A stretch of DNA of 64,000 nt, from positions 768,001-832,000 of the forward strand of contig OY781066.1 of NCBI GenBank assembly GCA_963676395.1, read 5' to 3'. This document shows positions 30,834-41,336 of this stretch, in pieces. The stretch is from a bacterium (GTDB lineage: Bacteria; Fidelibacterota; Fidelibacteria; Fidelibacterales; Fidelibacteraceae). Positions within the stretch are counted from its first letter, which is position 1, and every line of letters begins with the position of its first letter. The translations under genes were made by a program, and so were the position numbers. The notes below the pieces were generated by a model that saw nothing but the letters and a program-made list of their open reading frames with translations, was not told the origin of the DNA and ran no database searches.

Positions 30834-31929
30834 AATTTCTGTTTTTTCTTTTTTTTCAGGTAGTGGCTTGCTTGATTTAGGATTCGAAGATGCTGGTTTA
30901 GAAACTGTTTTTGTAAATGAATATCATAAACCTTTTTTAGATGCTTATAAATATGCACGAAATAATATTGGTTATAAAGAACCAAAGTATGGTTATTCTG
31001 AATCAGACATCAATAATTATCTTGCAAAAGAAAATCAGAAATTCTTTATTGACGCTATTAACAAAGAACATTCTTTAAACCGGATTATTGGTTTTATTGG
31101 CGGTCCTCCCTGTCCTGATTTCTCAGTAGGTGGCAAAAACAGAGGTCGCCATGGGGATAATGGAAAACTTAGTGAAATATATATCGACCTTGTGTGTTCT
31201 CTAAAACCTGATTTTGTTTTATTTGAAAATGTAAAAGGACTTTGGAGAACAAAAAGACATCGTGAATTTTATGAAGAAATTAAAACTAAGCTACAGAATT
31301 CAGGTTATGTGACAACGGAAAAACTTGTTAATTCAATTGAATTTGGTGCTCCCCAGGATAGAGACCGAATCCTTTTATTTAGTATTAGAAAAGAAATTCT
31401 ATCTAATATTAATCAAATCAATAGCTTTGATTGGGATAAGTCAAAAATCTATGATAAAAAGAACATATTTTCTTTACCATGGCCCAAAACAAACAAATTT
31501 GGAAAAAAAATAAACAAACCTGATGGTCTTCCTGAAGAACTGATGATTGATCACTGGTTTAAAAAAAACAATGTCTTAAATCACCCCAATGCGAAAGATC
31601 ACTTTCAACCAAGATCCGGGCTAATCAGATTTCAAACTATTGACGAAGGAGACGTTTCAAAAAAATCTTATAAACGATTACATCGATACAGATATTCACC
31701 AACTGCAGCATACGGAAATAATGAAGTCCATTTGCACCCAACTAAGGAACGTCGAATCAGTGTTTCAGAGGCGCTTTCAATACAAAGTTTACCAAAAGAA
31801 TTTGTTCTGCCCCCGGAAATGAGCTTAACAAATAAATTTAAAACAATAGGTAATGGGGTACCATATTTACTATCAAAAGGAATTGCCAACTCGATAAAAG
31901 ACTTCATTACAAAAGTTGAAAAAGGGTAA
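30826..31929 (+). CDS. DNA (cytosine-5)-methyltransferase 1
   Basis: FSGSG, GGPPCPDFS, ENV, QDRDR and IGNGVP motifs. Confidence 0.95.
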   Translation: MSKISVFSFFSGSGLLDLGFEDAGLETVFVNEYHKPFLDAYKYARNNIGYKEPKYGYSESDINNYLAKENQKFFIDAINKEHSLNRIIGFIGGPPCPDFSVGGKNRGRHGDNGKLSEIYIDLVCSLKPDFVLFENVKGLWRTKRHREFYEEIKTKLQNSGYVTTEKLVNSIEFGAPQDRDRILLFSIRKEILSNINQINSFDWDKSKIYDKKNIFSLPWPKTNKFGKKINKPDGLPEELMIDHWFKKNNVLNHPNAKDHFQPRSGLIRFQTIDEGDVSKKSYKRLHRYRYSPTAAYGNNEVHLHPTKERRISVSEALSIQSLPKEFVLPPEMSLTNKFKTIGNGVPYLLSKGIANSIKDFITKVEKG

Positions 31930-31933
31930 TAAT

Positions 31934-33010
31934 ATGAAAATTTCTGCAGGGAATTTAGTTAGCTATATTAACCAGCTTGATAAGAACACTGCCTATAATT
32001 ATATAAATCAAAAAAACAAAGGATTAATCAAAATTATAAGAGTTGATTTTCCTGAAGGACCCATTGTAATAAGAAGGTGGGATTCATCAAAAGGTCAAAT
32101 ACCTGATACAGCAAAAGAAGAATCTATTTCATCACAAATGTTATGGAGGGTCGCAAATGCAATAGAAAACGATCTTCCAATCAATATTGATAGAATTCTA
32201 GGTGCCAGCTACAATACGAGATCTGTTTTAGAGAGTTTATTGGCATATACTCCCACTTTTCATGTTACCTACCCGGGAAGGATTGAAACTGTAAAATCTT
32301 ACTCAGATATTAAAAGAGGGCATAAACATATTGTTTGGTTACCCAACCAACCACACAACATTGGTGAAATACACGAAATAAAAACCGATAGAATAATTTC
32401 TGAAATTCCCTCTCAGCAAGCTGTATATGAAGCTTTGATTGTACCAGATGATTTTGCATCGGTATCCGAACATTCAATTGATATTGAAATTCAAAGACGC
32501 CATGCTCAAATTCAAGTTGCCTTAGTTCAAATTGGATTACAACTTGGATTCCGGACTTGGATTGCCCAGAATGATAAAGGTATCATGTATAATAATAAAA
32601 GACTGGCCGAAACAGAAGGAGTCATACCATCTCTTAATGATGAAAAATTAATAATGGCTCATCCCGATGCTGTTAAAGCAGCTTTACTTATTGATTGTAT
32701 TTGGTTTAAAAATGGCAGATTAATGCCAGCTATTATGGAAATTGAATGTACTACAGGAATAACGAGTGGATTATCCCGAATGAAGAATTTTCAAGATAAA
32801 TTTCCACCCTTCCCGACAAGATATGCAATAGTTGCTGCAGATGAAGACCGGCCAAAATTCCTTAAAGAGGCATCTAAAGATCAATTTAAATCATTAGAAG
32901 CTAAATTCTTCCCCTTCTCTGCTGTTGAAGAATTATATTCATTATGTCAAAGACGTAATATCCAAGGAGTAACTGAAAACTTTTTAGATTCTTTTATGGA
33001 AATTAATTAA
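31934..33010 (+). CDS. Probable type II restriction endonuclease (PD-(D/E)xK-like)
   Basis: Directly after MTase 1; HAQIQ...IDCIWF...MEIECTTGITSGLSRM nuclease-like motif. Confidence 0.7.
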   Translation: MKISAGNLVSYINQLDKNTAYNYINQKNKGLIKIIRVDFPEGPIVIRRWDSSKGQIPDTAKEESISSQMLWRVANAIENDLPINIDRILGASYNTRSVLESLLAYTPTFHVTYPGRIETVKSYSDIKRGHKHIVWLPNQPHNIGEIHEIKTDRIISEIPSQQAVYEALIVPDDFASVSEHSIDIEIQRRHAQIQVALVQIGLQLGFRTWIAQNDKGIMYNNKRLAETEGVIPSLNDEKLIMAHPDAVKAALLIDCIWFKNGRLMPAIMEIECTTGITSGLSRMKNFQDKFPPFPTRYAIVAADEDRPKFLKEASKDQFKSLEAKFFPFSAVEELYSLCQRRNIQGVTENFLDSFMEIN

Positions 33011-33011
33011 T

Positions 33012-34076
33012 TTGAATGAGTCAAAACTAAAAGCAGTTGATTTCTTTTGTTCCGGTGGTGGGATGAGTTATGGTATGCATCTTGCGGGCATTGAGGTGTT
33101 AGCAGGGATTGATTTTGATCCATCATGTAAGGATACTTATGAAGCGAACTTGCCAAATTCAAAATACATTTTAGCCGATATTACTCAACTTACGGTAGAA
33201 GACCTACAAAGACATATCAACATTAAGCGAAATGATAACGAATTGATATTGATTGGCTGCAGTCCATGCCAATATTGGACAATAATCAATACAAATAAAT
33301 CCAGGTCTCAAAAATCTAAAAACCTTTTACATGATTTCAAACGTTTTGTTGATTATTATAATCCTGGATATGTTGTTGTAGAAAATGTTCCAGGTATATT
33401 GTCTAAAGACCACGAAAGTGGAATAAACGAGTTTATTGATGATCTTAAAGCAAAAGGTTATTTAGTTAAATCTAAAGTGGTTAATATGAATGAATATGGC
33501 GTTCCTCAAACCAGAAGAAGATTTTCATTAATTGCTACAAGAGTGGGTGAAGAAGAGATTTTTCCTAAAAAAACAGAAAAACCATATCCAATTGTATCTG
33601 AATTTCTTGGGGAAATAAATGGTTTCAAACCCATACCTGCTGGCAATATTGATAAAACTATTTTTGCACATACAACTGCAAATCTATCCGAAAAAAACTT
33701 AGCCAGAATTAAAGCCACAAAAAAAGATGGTGGCCTGAGAGAAGATTGGGCAAAAACAGACCTTCAGTTGGAGACTTACAAAAAAAGGAACAGAAATTCT
33801 TTCAAAGACACCTATGGGCGTATGAGTTGGGGAAAACCTTCACCAACAATCACAACCAAATTTCATAGTATCTCAAATGGTAGATTTGGACATCCGGAAG
33901 AAGACAGAGCGTTATCACTTCGTGAAGGTGCAACTCTTCAAACTTTCCCCAAAGATTTTATTTTTAAAACTAAAGGAATTGGTGCTACCGCAAAAATAAT
34001 CGGTAATGCTGTTCCACCAGAATATGCAAGAAGAATAGGTAAAGCAATACAAGAAGGGAAAAAATATGGAAAATAA
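33012..34076 (+). CDS. DNA (cytosine-5)-methyltransferase 2
   Basis: FCSGGG, GCSPCQ, ENVPG, PQTRRR and IGNAVPP motifs. Confidence 0.95.
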   Translation: MNESKLKAVDFFCSGGGMSYGMHLAGIEVLAGIDFDPSCKDTYEANLPNSKYILADITQLTVEDLQRHINIKRNDNELILIGCSPCQYWTIINTNKSRSQKSKNLLHDFKRFVDYYNPGYVVVENVPGILSKDHESGINEFIDDLKAKGYLVKSKVVNMNEYGVPQTRRRFSLIATRVGEEEIFPKKTEKPYPIVSEFLGEINGFKPIPAGNIDKTIFAHTTANLSEKNLARIKATKKDGGLREDWAKTDLQLETYKKRNRNSFKDTYGRMSWGKPSPTITTKFHSISNGRFGHPEEDRALSLREGATLQTFPKDFIFKTKGIGATAKIIGNAVPPEYARRIGKAIQEGKKYGK

Positions 34077-35937
34077 TTCTGCGTTAGAAATGAAATTTGA
34101 TCCTAATGTGATTAATCACCTTGGAATACAAATGTATTCAACACTTTCTCCCGTTATCGCTGAATTAATTGCAAATTCCTATGATGCTGAATCAGAAAAA
34201 GTATCAATTTATTTAAATGACAAAGATGAGAAAGAAATTATTATAGAAGATAATGGTCACGGTATGAATTTTAACGACATAAATGATAAGTTTTTAAAAA
34301 TTGGCCGTGATAGAAGAATAGATGAGGGCTCTTCAAAAAGCCTAAATGGAAAAAGAAATGTTATTGGTAAAAAAGGCATAGGTAAATTATCCTTTTTTGG
34401 AATTGCAAAAAATATTGCCATTGAAACATATAAAAATAGTCTAATGACATCATTCGAATTGAATTGGGATGAATTAAAAAGACAGGGAAATATAAGTGGC
34501 AAATATATGCCAAGGGTAATTGAACATAATAAACCTTCAGATAAAAAGCACGGTACAATAATTAAACTGACTCAGATAAACAGAAAATCAAAATTTGATG
34601 CACAAGGTCTAGCCTACTCACTTTCCAAGTCATTTATTATTTTTGATGAAGATGATTTTAATACTTATATTATTTATAATGGTGCAAATATTGAAGATTC
34701 GCCCATATCAAATGAATTAAGGTATAGAGCTATTGACAAATACTTGGAATGGGATTTCCCACTTACTGAGAACAAGGTTGAAAGTGATTACGAATATAAA
34801 GATAAAATTACAGGAAAAATTGTAGCCACAAAGGAGAAAACTATTCCTGAAAAAATGAAAGGAATAGCTCTTTTCTCAAGAGGAAAACTAGTAAATGACT
34901 ATTCATTTTATGATGTCAAAGCAACCAGCCATGGATATTCATATATTTCTGGATGGTTAAATATTGACTTTATCGAAGAATTTTCTGATGATGTTATATC
35001 TACAAACAGACAATCTTTAAATTGGGAATTAGAAAATACAGCAAAATTAAAGGTATATCTTCAAAAAGTAATTCGAGCAATATATAATGAACAAAGCAAA
35101 CAAAAGAAATCGGATAAAATAACCGCCCTGAAAACTGAATCTGGTATAGATTTAGATAAATGGCTTTCAAGTTTACCTGGTCATGAAAAAACATTAGCTA
35201 AAAAAATATCTGATATCATATTAAACGCACAAGGAATCGAGTTCACAAAATCAGTTGAATTAATCAAATATGCAAGGGATTCTTTTCAATTTGAAGCATT
35301 TAAGGAACTAGCAAATGAAATTGATCAGACTGAATTTGAACAACCTGAAAAAATCATTAATTTGTTCAAAGAGTGGGAAATTATTGAATCACGAGAAATG
35401 TACAAAATAGCACAAGTCAGGCTCGAAACAATAAATAAATTCGATCAACATATTAAAAATAATTCTAAAGAAGTTCCAGAATTACATCAATTTTTAAAAC
35501 AATTTCCATGGATACTGGACCCCCGAATAATGAATTTTAAAGATGAAGTTACGTATTCAAAATTACTTAAAGATAACTTTGTAGATACTACTTTGGATGA
35601 CAAAGATAGACGCATTGACTTTCTCTGTCAGAAATTCGCAGATAACTTCTTTATTATTGAATTAAAAAGACCACAAAAAACTGTTGGCATGAAAGAATTA
35701 GATCAGGCTTTAGATTATGTTTCTTTTATAAAAGGGAAATTAAGTAACGAATACCCAAACAATATAAGTTGTTATATTATCGGAAATAATCTTTCGCCAT
35801 TAGATAAGGTAAATACCCTAGCTGATTCATTAAGTAAAAATCATATAGTATATTTCAAATCCTATGAAGAATTATTATGTAACGCAAGAAATTATCATCA
35901 AGAATTTATTGACAAATATGAAAGTTTTGAGAAATAG
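34066..35937 (+). CDS. GHKL (MORC/MutL-like) ATPase fused to a C-terminal PD-(D/E)xK nuclease
   Basis: ELIANSYDA, DNGHGM, GKKGIGKLS, HGT; C-terminal RIDFL...IIELKRP...QALDY. Confidence 0.85.
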   Translation: MENNSALEMKFDPNVINHLGIQMYSTLSPVIAELIANSYDAESEKVSIYLNDKDEKEIIIEDNGHGMNFNDINDKFLKIGRDRRIDEGSSKSLNGKRNVIGKKGIGKLSFFGIAKNIAIETYKNSLMTSFELNWDELKRQGNISGKYMPRVIEHNKPSDKKHGTIIKLTQINRKSKFDAQGLAYSLSKSFIIFDEDDFNTYIIYNGANIEDSPISNELRYRAIDKYLEWDFPLTENKVESDYEYKDKITGKIVATKEKTIPEKMKGIALFSRGKLVNDYSFYDVKATSHGYSYISGWLNIDFIEEFSDDVISTNRQSLNWELENTAKLKVYLQKVIRAIYNEQSKQKKSDKITALKTESGIDLDKWLSSLPGHEKTLAKKISDIILNAQGIEFTKSVELIKYARDSFQFEAFKELANEIDQTEFEQPEKIINLFKEWEIIESREMYKIAQVRLETINKFDQHIKNNSKEVPELHQFLKQFPWILDPRIMNFKDEVTYSKLLKDNFVDTTLDDKDRRIDFLCQKFADNFFIIELKRPQKTVGMKELDQALDYVSFIKGKLSNEYPNNISCYIIGNNLSPLDKVNTLADSLSKNHIVYFKSYEELLCNARNYHQEFIDKYESFEK

Positions 35938-36048
35938 GGTAACAGCTTAATATACTTCATTCTATCCGGCTTTGCCCCTGCAACGGACTTGTCAACGACT
36001 AACCTGTCACTCTTTAGCTAAAGTAAGCGATCATAGTTTAATATATTT

Positions 36049-36080
36049 CCCGCCTTCGCATAAAGCTACGGCGAGCAAGC
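36049..36080. repeat. REP-like hairpin
   Basis: CCCGCCTTCGCATAAAGCTACGGCGAGCAAGC imperfect palindrome. Confidence 0.5.
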
Positions 36081-36088
36081 ATCTTTAT

Positions 36089-36260
36089 TTACAATTTTAC
36101 ATACTTCATTCTCACAGGCTTCTGGCTACCTGCCTCTTTCAACGAAATAATATACATACCTGCCGGTAAGCTCTGAATATTGATATTCTTCTGTGTACCA
36201 TTGGCGCTTCCGTTATAGACCATCTTCCCCGCCAAATTATACATATTGATCTCCATCAAA
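36089..36260 (-). pseudogene. Isolated Por/T9SS C-terminal sorting-domain remnant
   Basis: EINMYNLAGKMV...NIQSLPAGMYIISL...KYVKL* with no upstream gene body. Confidence 0.65.
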
Positions 36261-36277
36261 ATAATTAACAATTTACA

Positions 36278-36353
36278 ATCCACTGATCACAAAGATTCGC
36301 ACAGATTACATTCATCAATACATACTCTGCGAAAATCTGTGGGATCTGTGGAT
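36278..36353. repeat. Imperfect inverted repeat built from ~9-nt CACAGAT-type units
   Basis: ATCCACTGATCACAAAGATTCGCACAGAT ... CTCTGCGAAAATCTGTGGGATCTGTGGAT. Confidence 0.6.
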
Positions 36354-36357
36354 GTTT

Positions 36358-37224
36358 TTATTGAAATATCAGTGAGGTTTCCGTGATATATTTATTAAGG
36401 TAATCTTTCGCCAAGTCCAATAAGTCTTCCGCGGCATCCATATCGTAGGCGCCCCGGGCACTTTGAGTCACATGGGATTTTGTGTAATATTCACCCGAGA
36501 CCAGTTCATCGTTGGAGGTATTGGCAAGGTACAGCAATGTTTGGGCACCTTTTTCCGGGGACATGCCAAAACCGGAGAACAGCAGTTTCATCATACCCGG
36601 CCCTGAGCGATCGATATCCGTGTTCACCAATCCGGGATGCTGAGCGTAGATACCAATGCCGTCCTCGGCGAATCGCGGCGCCAGCAGGCGGGTCAGTAGG
36701 ATAAGTCCGAGCTTGGATTGTCGGTAAGCCTGCCAGGAAACATATCGTTTATGCTTGAATTCCGGATCCTTCAAATCCATCTTGCCTATATGAAAATTCG
36801 ACGATGTAAAAATTACTTTGGGTTCCAATGCCTTTTTAAACGCCGGAAGCAGTAAGTGGGTAATAAGCATGGGGGCCAGCAGATTGACCTGCCAGGTCAT
36901 TTCGATCTTATTCCGACTTTGACCGAAGTGATAAGCCATGACGCCCGCATTATTGATCAGCACATCAATATGATGATAGCTTTCCAAGATCTCTTCGCAA
37001 GCCATGGTGATGGATTCGAAAGAGGCCAGGTCGCACTCCACCAGTTCGATGCGGCCTTTGCCATCCGGGAAGCCGTTACGGTAATCATCCAGTAAATCCG
37101 CGCCTTTGCCTTTGTTTCGACTGGTCGCGATCACTACCGCGCCATCGGCGGCCAATTGCAAAGCGGCAGCCTTACCTATCCCGGAGGTTGCTCCGGTAAT
37201 AACAATGTAGGTTGAATTTGGCAT
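36358..37224 (-). CDS. SDR family oxidoreductase (retinol dehydrogenase-like)
   Basis: TGATSGIG, NNAG, YRQSK and HPG motifs; ATG 37224 with GAAGGAG RBS. Confidence 0.92.
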   Translation of the reverse strand: MPNSTYIVITGATSGIGKAAALQLAADGAVVIATSRNKGKGADLLDDYRNGFPDGKGRIELVECDLASFESITMACEEILESYHHIDVLINNAGVMAYHFGQSRNKIEMTWQVNLLAPMLITHLLLPAFKKALEPKVIFTSSNFHIGKMDLKDPEFKHKRYVSWQAYRQSKLGLILLTRLLAPRFAEDGIGIYAQHPGLVNTDIDRSGPGMMKLLFSGFGMSPEKGAQTLLYLANTSNDELVSGEYYTKSHVTQSARGAYDMDAAEDLLDLAKDYLNKYITETSLIFQ

Positions 37225-37528
37225 GGGATCTCCTTCGGAATTAATCGAATGATTGAATAAGCAAATTAATCTAAAGTCCGGGGAATTGCAATGGAAGAAT
37301 TTTCGGGTGATTTTTGTAACCTGCTCCACAATATCGGATGATGGGGTTTTGTTTGGAAAAATTATTATATATCTTGTGGATATGAAAAAATGATCCCAAA
37401 AGAAAAAGTGGCCAATCGCCGCCAAATTTCATAGAAATATTTTCTGATAGCATACAGGCATTATAAAATTGGTAATTGGAGATCTCTCCACTTCGGTCGA
37501 GATGGCATATTACAGGTGCCTTACGCCT

Positions 37529-38563
37529 TTACTCGTTACTCGTCCCCTTTTTCACCGCCACTACCACATTCCTATTTATGCTTTGATCAACCCGATGCGT
37601 AAAATCGCGATAAGGCGCTTCTTGAAAAACGCTAAGACCATGCTCATCCAACAGCTTTGCCACCTCATGATATCTCATGGTGAATTCATTAAACGCCAGC
37701 ACAATACTACCTTTTGTTTTTAGCAAGTTCAACCATGCCGGCAGTGCTTCTTGCAATAATTCCAAGGGTGAACGAGAGCGTTTATCTGTACGAGAACCAT
37801 GTTGCACGCCATAAGGCAGATCAGCTACGATCATATCCACACTTGCCTTACGCATCAGCTCATCGGCAATGCGCGTGTCAGCCGAGTACATGTTTAGTGT
37901 TTGCTTTTTGCCTGCCTTGTAATCCTTGGCATCGGCAGCACATTCCAACTTAAAGCTCGAAGCTTTCTTGCGCCCTTTTTCGTCATTCATATTGGCGCTG
38001 GTCAGCGAATGTTTATATCGTCCCTCTTTCATATATCGTTGCAGAAACACTTGCACCTCATGCGTCCATTTATCATTTACTTCCACTCCGCTCACATGCA
38101 TACCTCGCATTAGCGCTTCGTACAGGGTCGTCCCCTTCCCGGCAACCGGATCCAGCAAATGCATATTTTCCGTATGTGTACGGCAGGCCGAAATGGCGAG
38201 ATTCACCAACAATCGCGTAAATTGTTCATTGGTTTTCCCGTTATATTTCAGTATCTGCACCATACTTTCAGGGAAAACATGAAAATCAGGAACACTCAAA
38301 GGTCTCAACAACTCTCCCTCATTCTTAAAAAGCGCATAAAAGATCGAGCTTGAACCAATTGTCAGGAGTTCCTTGGATGTCCATTCTTTGTCTGCAGAAA
38401 TTTGCAAAGCGGCCGGCAAATGCCCCTTGCTTTCTTCGATATTTCCAATACCCAGATCAAATTTTTCAGATAAGGCCCGGAGCTCTAGAATGGATATTTT
38501 CAAGGCAGCATCAAGATAGATGCGATTATGGCCGGGATTTGCAAGGAGTGTGTATGTATTCAT
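37529..38563 (-). CDS. SAM-dependent methyltransferase (Trm11/RNA methylase-like)
   Basis: LLDPVAGKGTT and DLPYG motifs. Confidence 0.75.
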   Translation of the reverse strand: MNTYTLLANPGHNRIYLDAALKISILELRALSEKFDLGIGNIEESKGHLPAALQISADKEWTSKELLTIGSSSIFYALFKNEGELLRPLSVPDFHVFPESMVQILKYNGKTNEQFTRLLVNLAISACRTHTENMHLLDPVAGKGTTLYEALMRGMHVSGVEVNDKWTHEVQVFLQRYMKEGRYKHSLTSANMNDEKGRKKASSFKLECAADAKDYKAGKKQTLNMYSADTRIADELMRKASVDMIVADLPYGVQHGSRTDKRSRSPLELLQEALPAWLNLLKTKGSIVLAFNEFTMRYHEVAKLLDEHGLSVFQEAPYRDFTHRVDQSINRNVVVAVKKGTSNE

Positions 38564-38593
38564 ATTATCCTTATTATTTTGAACATTCGATCG

Positions 38594-39130
38594 TTAAATA
38601 GTTTTTATGAATTCATTCAAAGCCAAGAGCAAGGTCTTTTTATCTTCAGCTTTTAAAACCAGCTCGCCATTGATCACATGCTCATCAAAACTTGGAAGAG
38701 AAAAACTTGATGTCAGCTTTCCGCCCCAACGGGCCAGCAATACCTCACTTACATGCTCAAGGTTAGTCCTTGCACCGCGCGCTCCGGGAGATGTTGCCAA
38801 TAAGCACACGGGTTTATTTTTTAAAGTCGGTTTTTCAATACGCGATATCCAATCCATAGTATTCTTGAACACCGGTGTGATACCGCTATTATATTCAGGC
38901 AAGGAGATCAGCATGCCATCAACTTCCTTGAACAGTTCATTTAATTTCAACATCGTATCGGGAAATTCACCGGCTTGTTCCAGATCCCAAGAATACATAG
39001 GCGCAGGAAAATCCTTTAAATGTATGATATTTAAATTTACATCCTCAAGACAATGAGCGGCGTATACTGCCAAACGCTGGTTTATCGATGTAGAAGAATT
39101 TGATCCGGAAAAAACAAGAACGGTCTTCAT
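38594..39130 (-). CDS. NADPH-dependent FMN reductase
   Basis: GSNSSTSIN, PEYN, KNTMDW and TSPGARG motifs. Confidence 0.9.
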   Translation of the reverse strand: MKTVLVFSGSNSSTSINQRLAVYAAHCLEDVNLNIIHLKDFPAPMYSWDLEQAGEFPDTMLKLNELFKEVDGMLISLPEYNSGITPVFKNTMDWISRIEKPTLKNKPVCLLATSPGARGARTNLEHVSEVLLARWGGKLTSSFSLPSFDEHVINGELVLKAEDKKTLLLALNEFIKTI

Positions 39131-39375
39131 GGGTAATCCCTTTATTATATTTATCTAAATATGAGAAATTTTATTGAATAAATCAATAAACTTGGTAGTC
39201 GAGAATTGAGAATATAATTTGAGCAAAGAATGGTCTATATCGTTCCCCATCATATAATTCTTACAAAAGGCAACTATATAAATCACCCCAAATAAAAAAG
39301 GGAGGCTCACTCCAATGCCAAGACTTCGGAGCGCAGGCCGCCTCCCCAACTTTTTAACTTAGTTTTAAATACGAT

Positions 39376-40020
39376 TTACTGTTCTTGTAAGGCCATAATG
39401 AATTCATCGGCCTGTTTAATGGCGGATTCCAATTCAGCAACAAGACGGTCGACATTGGTTTCAACACTGACCAATTCGCTGGATAATCCGGCAATAGCCG
39501 AAGCATTTAAATTATGCTTCATAAATAATACCTGATCGCGCAAAGGAGCTAATGCGGGTTCCAATCTTGCTTCGGCTCGAAGCATGGCTGAGATCAACTC
39601 GGTATATTTCAATTGAGTTTCGTCTAATTTTTTCTTTGATGCGCGTCGTAAGACATCAGAATTGTAAAGTGAGATCTCTTCTTCCCATTCTTTAAAGAGA
39701 GCTTGAGATACATCTTCGATAGCCAGAATGCGTTTCTTAACCTTTCCAGCTTCCGATTCTGTACGTTCGAGCGTCGTATTCAGCTTATTATATTCTTTTT
39801 CAAGATTACCGCCGTCAAAATTCACGACTTCTTTAAACTGCTCAAGAGTTGTTAAAAACTGTTCTTTTGCATCATTTTGAGTATCACGAGCCGCTTCCAC
39901 ACGATCAACCATAATTTCGCGTTTTGGCTTACCCATTTTTTCCATGGCATCGTAATAAAAATTAGCACACGATGTAAAAACGAATACAACCAATAACAGA
40001 ACTAATAAATTCCTTTTCAT
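39376..40020 (-). CDS. DUF2959-like lipoprotein
   Basis: Lipobox FTSC; YYDAMEKMG.PKREIMVDRVE..RD; DQVLFMKHNLNA; ATG 40020. Confidence 0.8.
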   Translation of the reverse strand: MKRNLLVLLLVVFVFTSCANFYYDAMEKMGKPKREIMVDRVEAARDTQNDAKEQFLTTLEQFKEVVNFDGGNLEKEYNKLNTTLERTESEAGKVKKRILAIEDVSQALFKEWEEEISLYNSDVLRRASKKKLDETQLKYTELISAMLRAEARLEPALAPLRDQVLFMKHNLNASAIAGLSSELVSVETNVDRLVAELESAIKQADEFIMALQEQ

Positions 40021-40170
40021 AATATGCCTTCCTTTATTTGTTTTAAATAATTTAAAGATGAAATGAGGAATTATCAAATAATTCTCCAAGTAAAAATGGA
40101 GAGCCGCAACAATGCTATGGCTCATATAAACCGGGTAAACACATAGAGCTACCCTTGCAATTAAAAATAT

Positions 40171-41079
40171 TTAACCAAAAATTGACGTCTTCCTATTCAA
40201 ATATGCCTGCACCGCTTTTTCGGCAGCTGCTTCGCCATAGGCGATAATCTCCTTGGCTTTATAGAAATCAAAAGAACTGTAGCTATCAATGGGTAAATGG
40301 ATCTCAATATCCGCCGGAGCAACCTGCAAAGTGAGCATAGACATTTGATTTATCATTAGGGCAACGGTTTTATCCGTAATATTCATGGATGTAAGTCTCT
40401 CATTTTTGTGATTATTTTTTTCAAACAATTTTTCGACTTTTTCGAGAACTTTCTTTAAAGCTTCCGGTGTTTCTCTATCACGTTTTTTATCTTTGGCCGG
40501 TATAGGAAGGGTATAATTATCAGGATCTGTATCATTAATGCTGACGGCAATTAACATATCGCCACGTTTACGATGAATGCGATTAGTGGGAAGGGGGTTG
40601 ACTACACCTCCATCGACATAATAATGCCCGTCGACCACATGTGGTGTAAATACGGCGGGGATGGAAATTGAAGCGCGAATAGCATCGTATAATTTTCCGC
40701 TCTTAAACACCTTTTCATCACCGGTTTTAATATCTGTTGCAATGGCGCAATACGGAATATTTAAATCTTCGATATCCCTATCCGGGATTAATTCTTTTAA
40801 TTTCGCAATGACCTTATCGCCTTTGATCATACCACCCGGACCGAGATTAATATCGATATATTTCAGCATTTCACGCAGGTCTACAGTATCCATAAAATCA
40901 ATAAAATTCTCAAGTTCCCCCGTACAATACATTCCTCCGATTAAAGATCCCATCGAAGCTCCGGCAACCGAATGGATATTAAAACCATATTTTTCCAAAA
41001 CTCTAATGACACCCACATGAGCAAAACCTCTAGCACCTCCACTTGCAAGAACCAGAGCAACATCTTTTCTTTTAGCCAT
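40171..41079 (-). CDS. Patatin-like phospholipase
   Basis: SGGARG, GASMG and DGG motifs. Confidence 0.92.
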   Translation of the reverse strand: MAKRKDVALVLASGGARGFAHVGVIRVLEKYGFNIHSVAGASMGSLIGGMYCTGELENFIDFMDTVDLREMLKYIDINLGPGGMIKGDKVIAKLKELIPDRDIEDLNIPYCAIATDIKTGDEKVFKSGKLYDAIRASISIPAVFTPHVVDGHYYVDGGVVNPLPTNRIHRKRGDMLIAVSINDTDPDNYTLPIPAKDKKRDRETPEALKKVLEKVEKLFEKNNHKNERLTSMNITDKTVALMINQMSMLTLQVAPADIEIHLPIDSYSSFDFYKAKEIIAYGEAAAEKAVQAYLNRKTSIFG

Positions 41080-41336
41080 TAATTATTCCTTTTTTATTGA
41101 AATATAATTTATATAGATGTTGGGATAAAAACAATATCTATGACCTTGGTTTTTAAGTGGGAACTCATTATGTTGAGCTCGAATCGATCATTTTAAGTTG
41201 GACACGCCCAACTCTTGGTTTAATAACAAAAATATTGATTAGATTTTTCCCCTTGAATTTCCATGTAAAGATATTAAATTTACAACCGCTGAGGCTTTGG
41301 GATTGCGGGGTAAGAAAGCAACCCGAAAAGGAGCTG

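Larger units (their letters stand above)
25600..36355. other. Accessory defence island (TA, HEPN, AAA ATPase, two R-M modules); no integrase seen
   Basis: Dense cluster of conflict genes, mostly more AT-rich than the flanks; clusters of REP-like palindromes at both ends and a gene remnant at the right end. Boundaries approximate. Confidence 0.75.

Noticed and set aside
25821..36050. Integron cassette array
   Set aside because: No integrase; genes overlap rather than being separated by attC sites. The TAAC after 35937 has no convincing matching GTTRRRY arm.
25600..36355. Prophage, IS or tRNA-anchored integrative element
   Set aside because: No phage structural genes, transposase, recombinase, tRNA or att direct repeats recognised.
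41284..41335. Known riboswitch in the Trx-Grx leader
   Set aside because: No recognisable aptamer consensus; only generic pairing potential.
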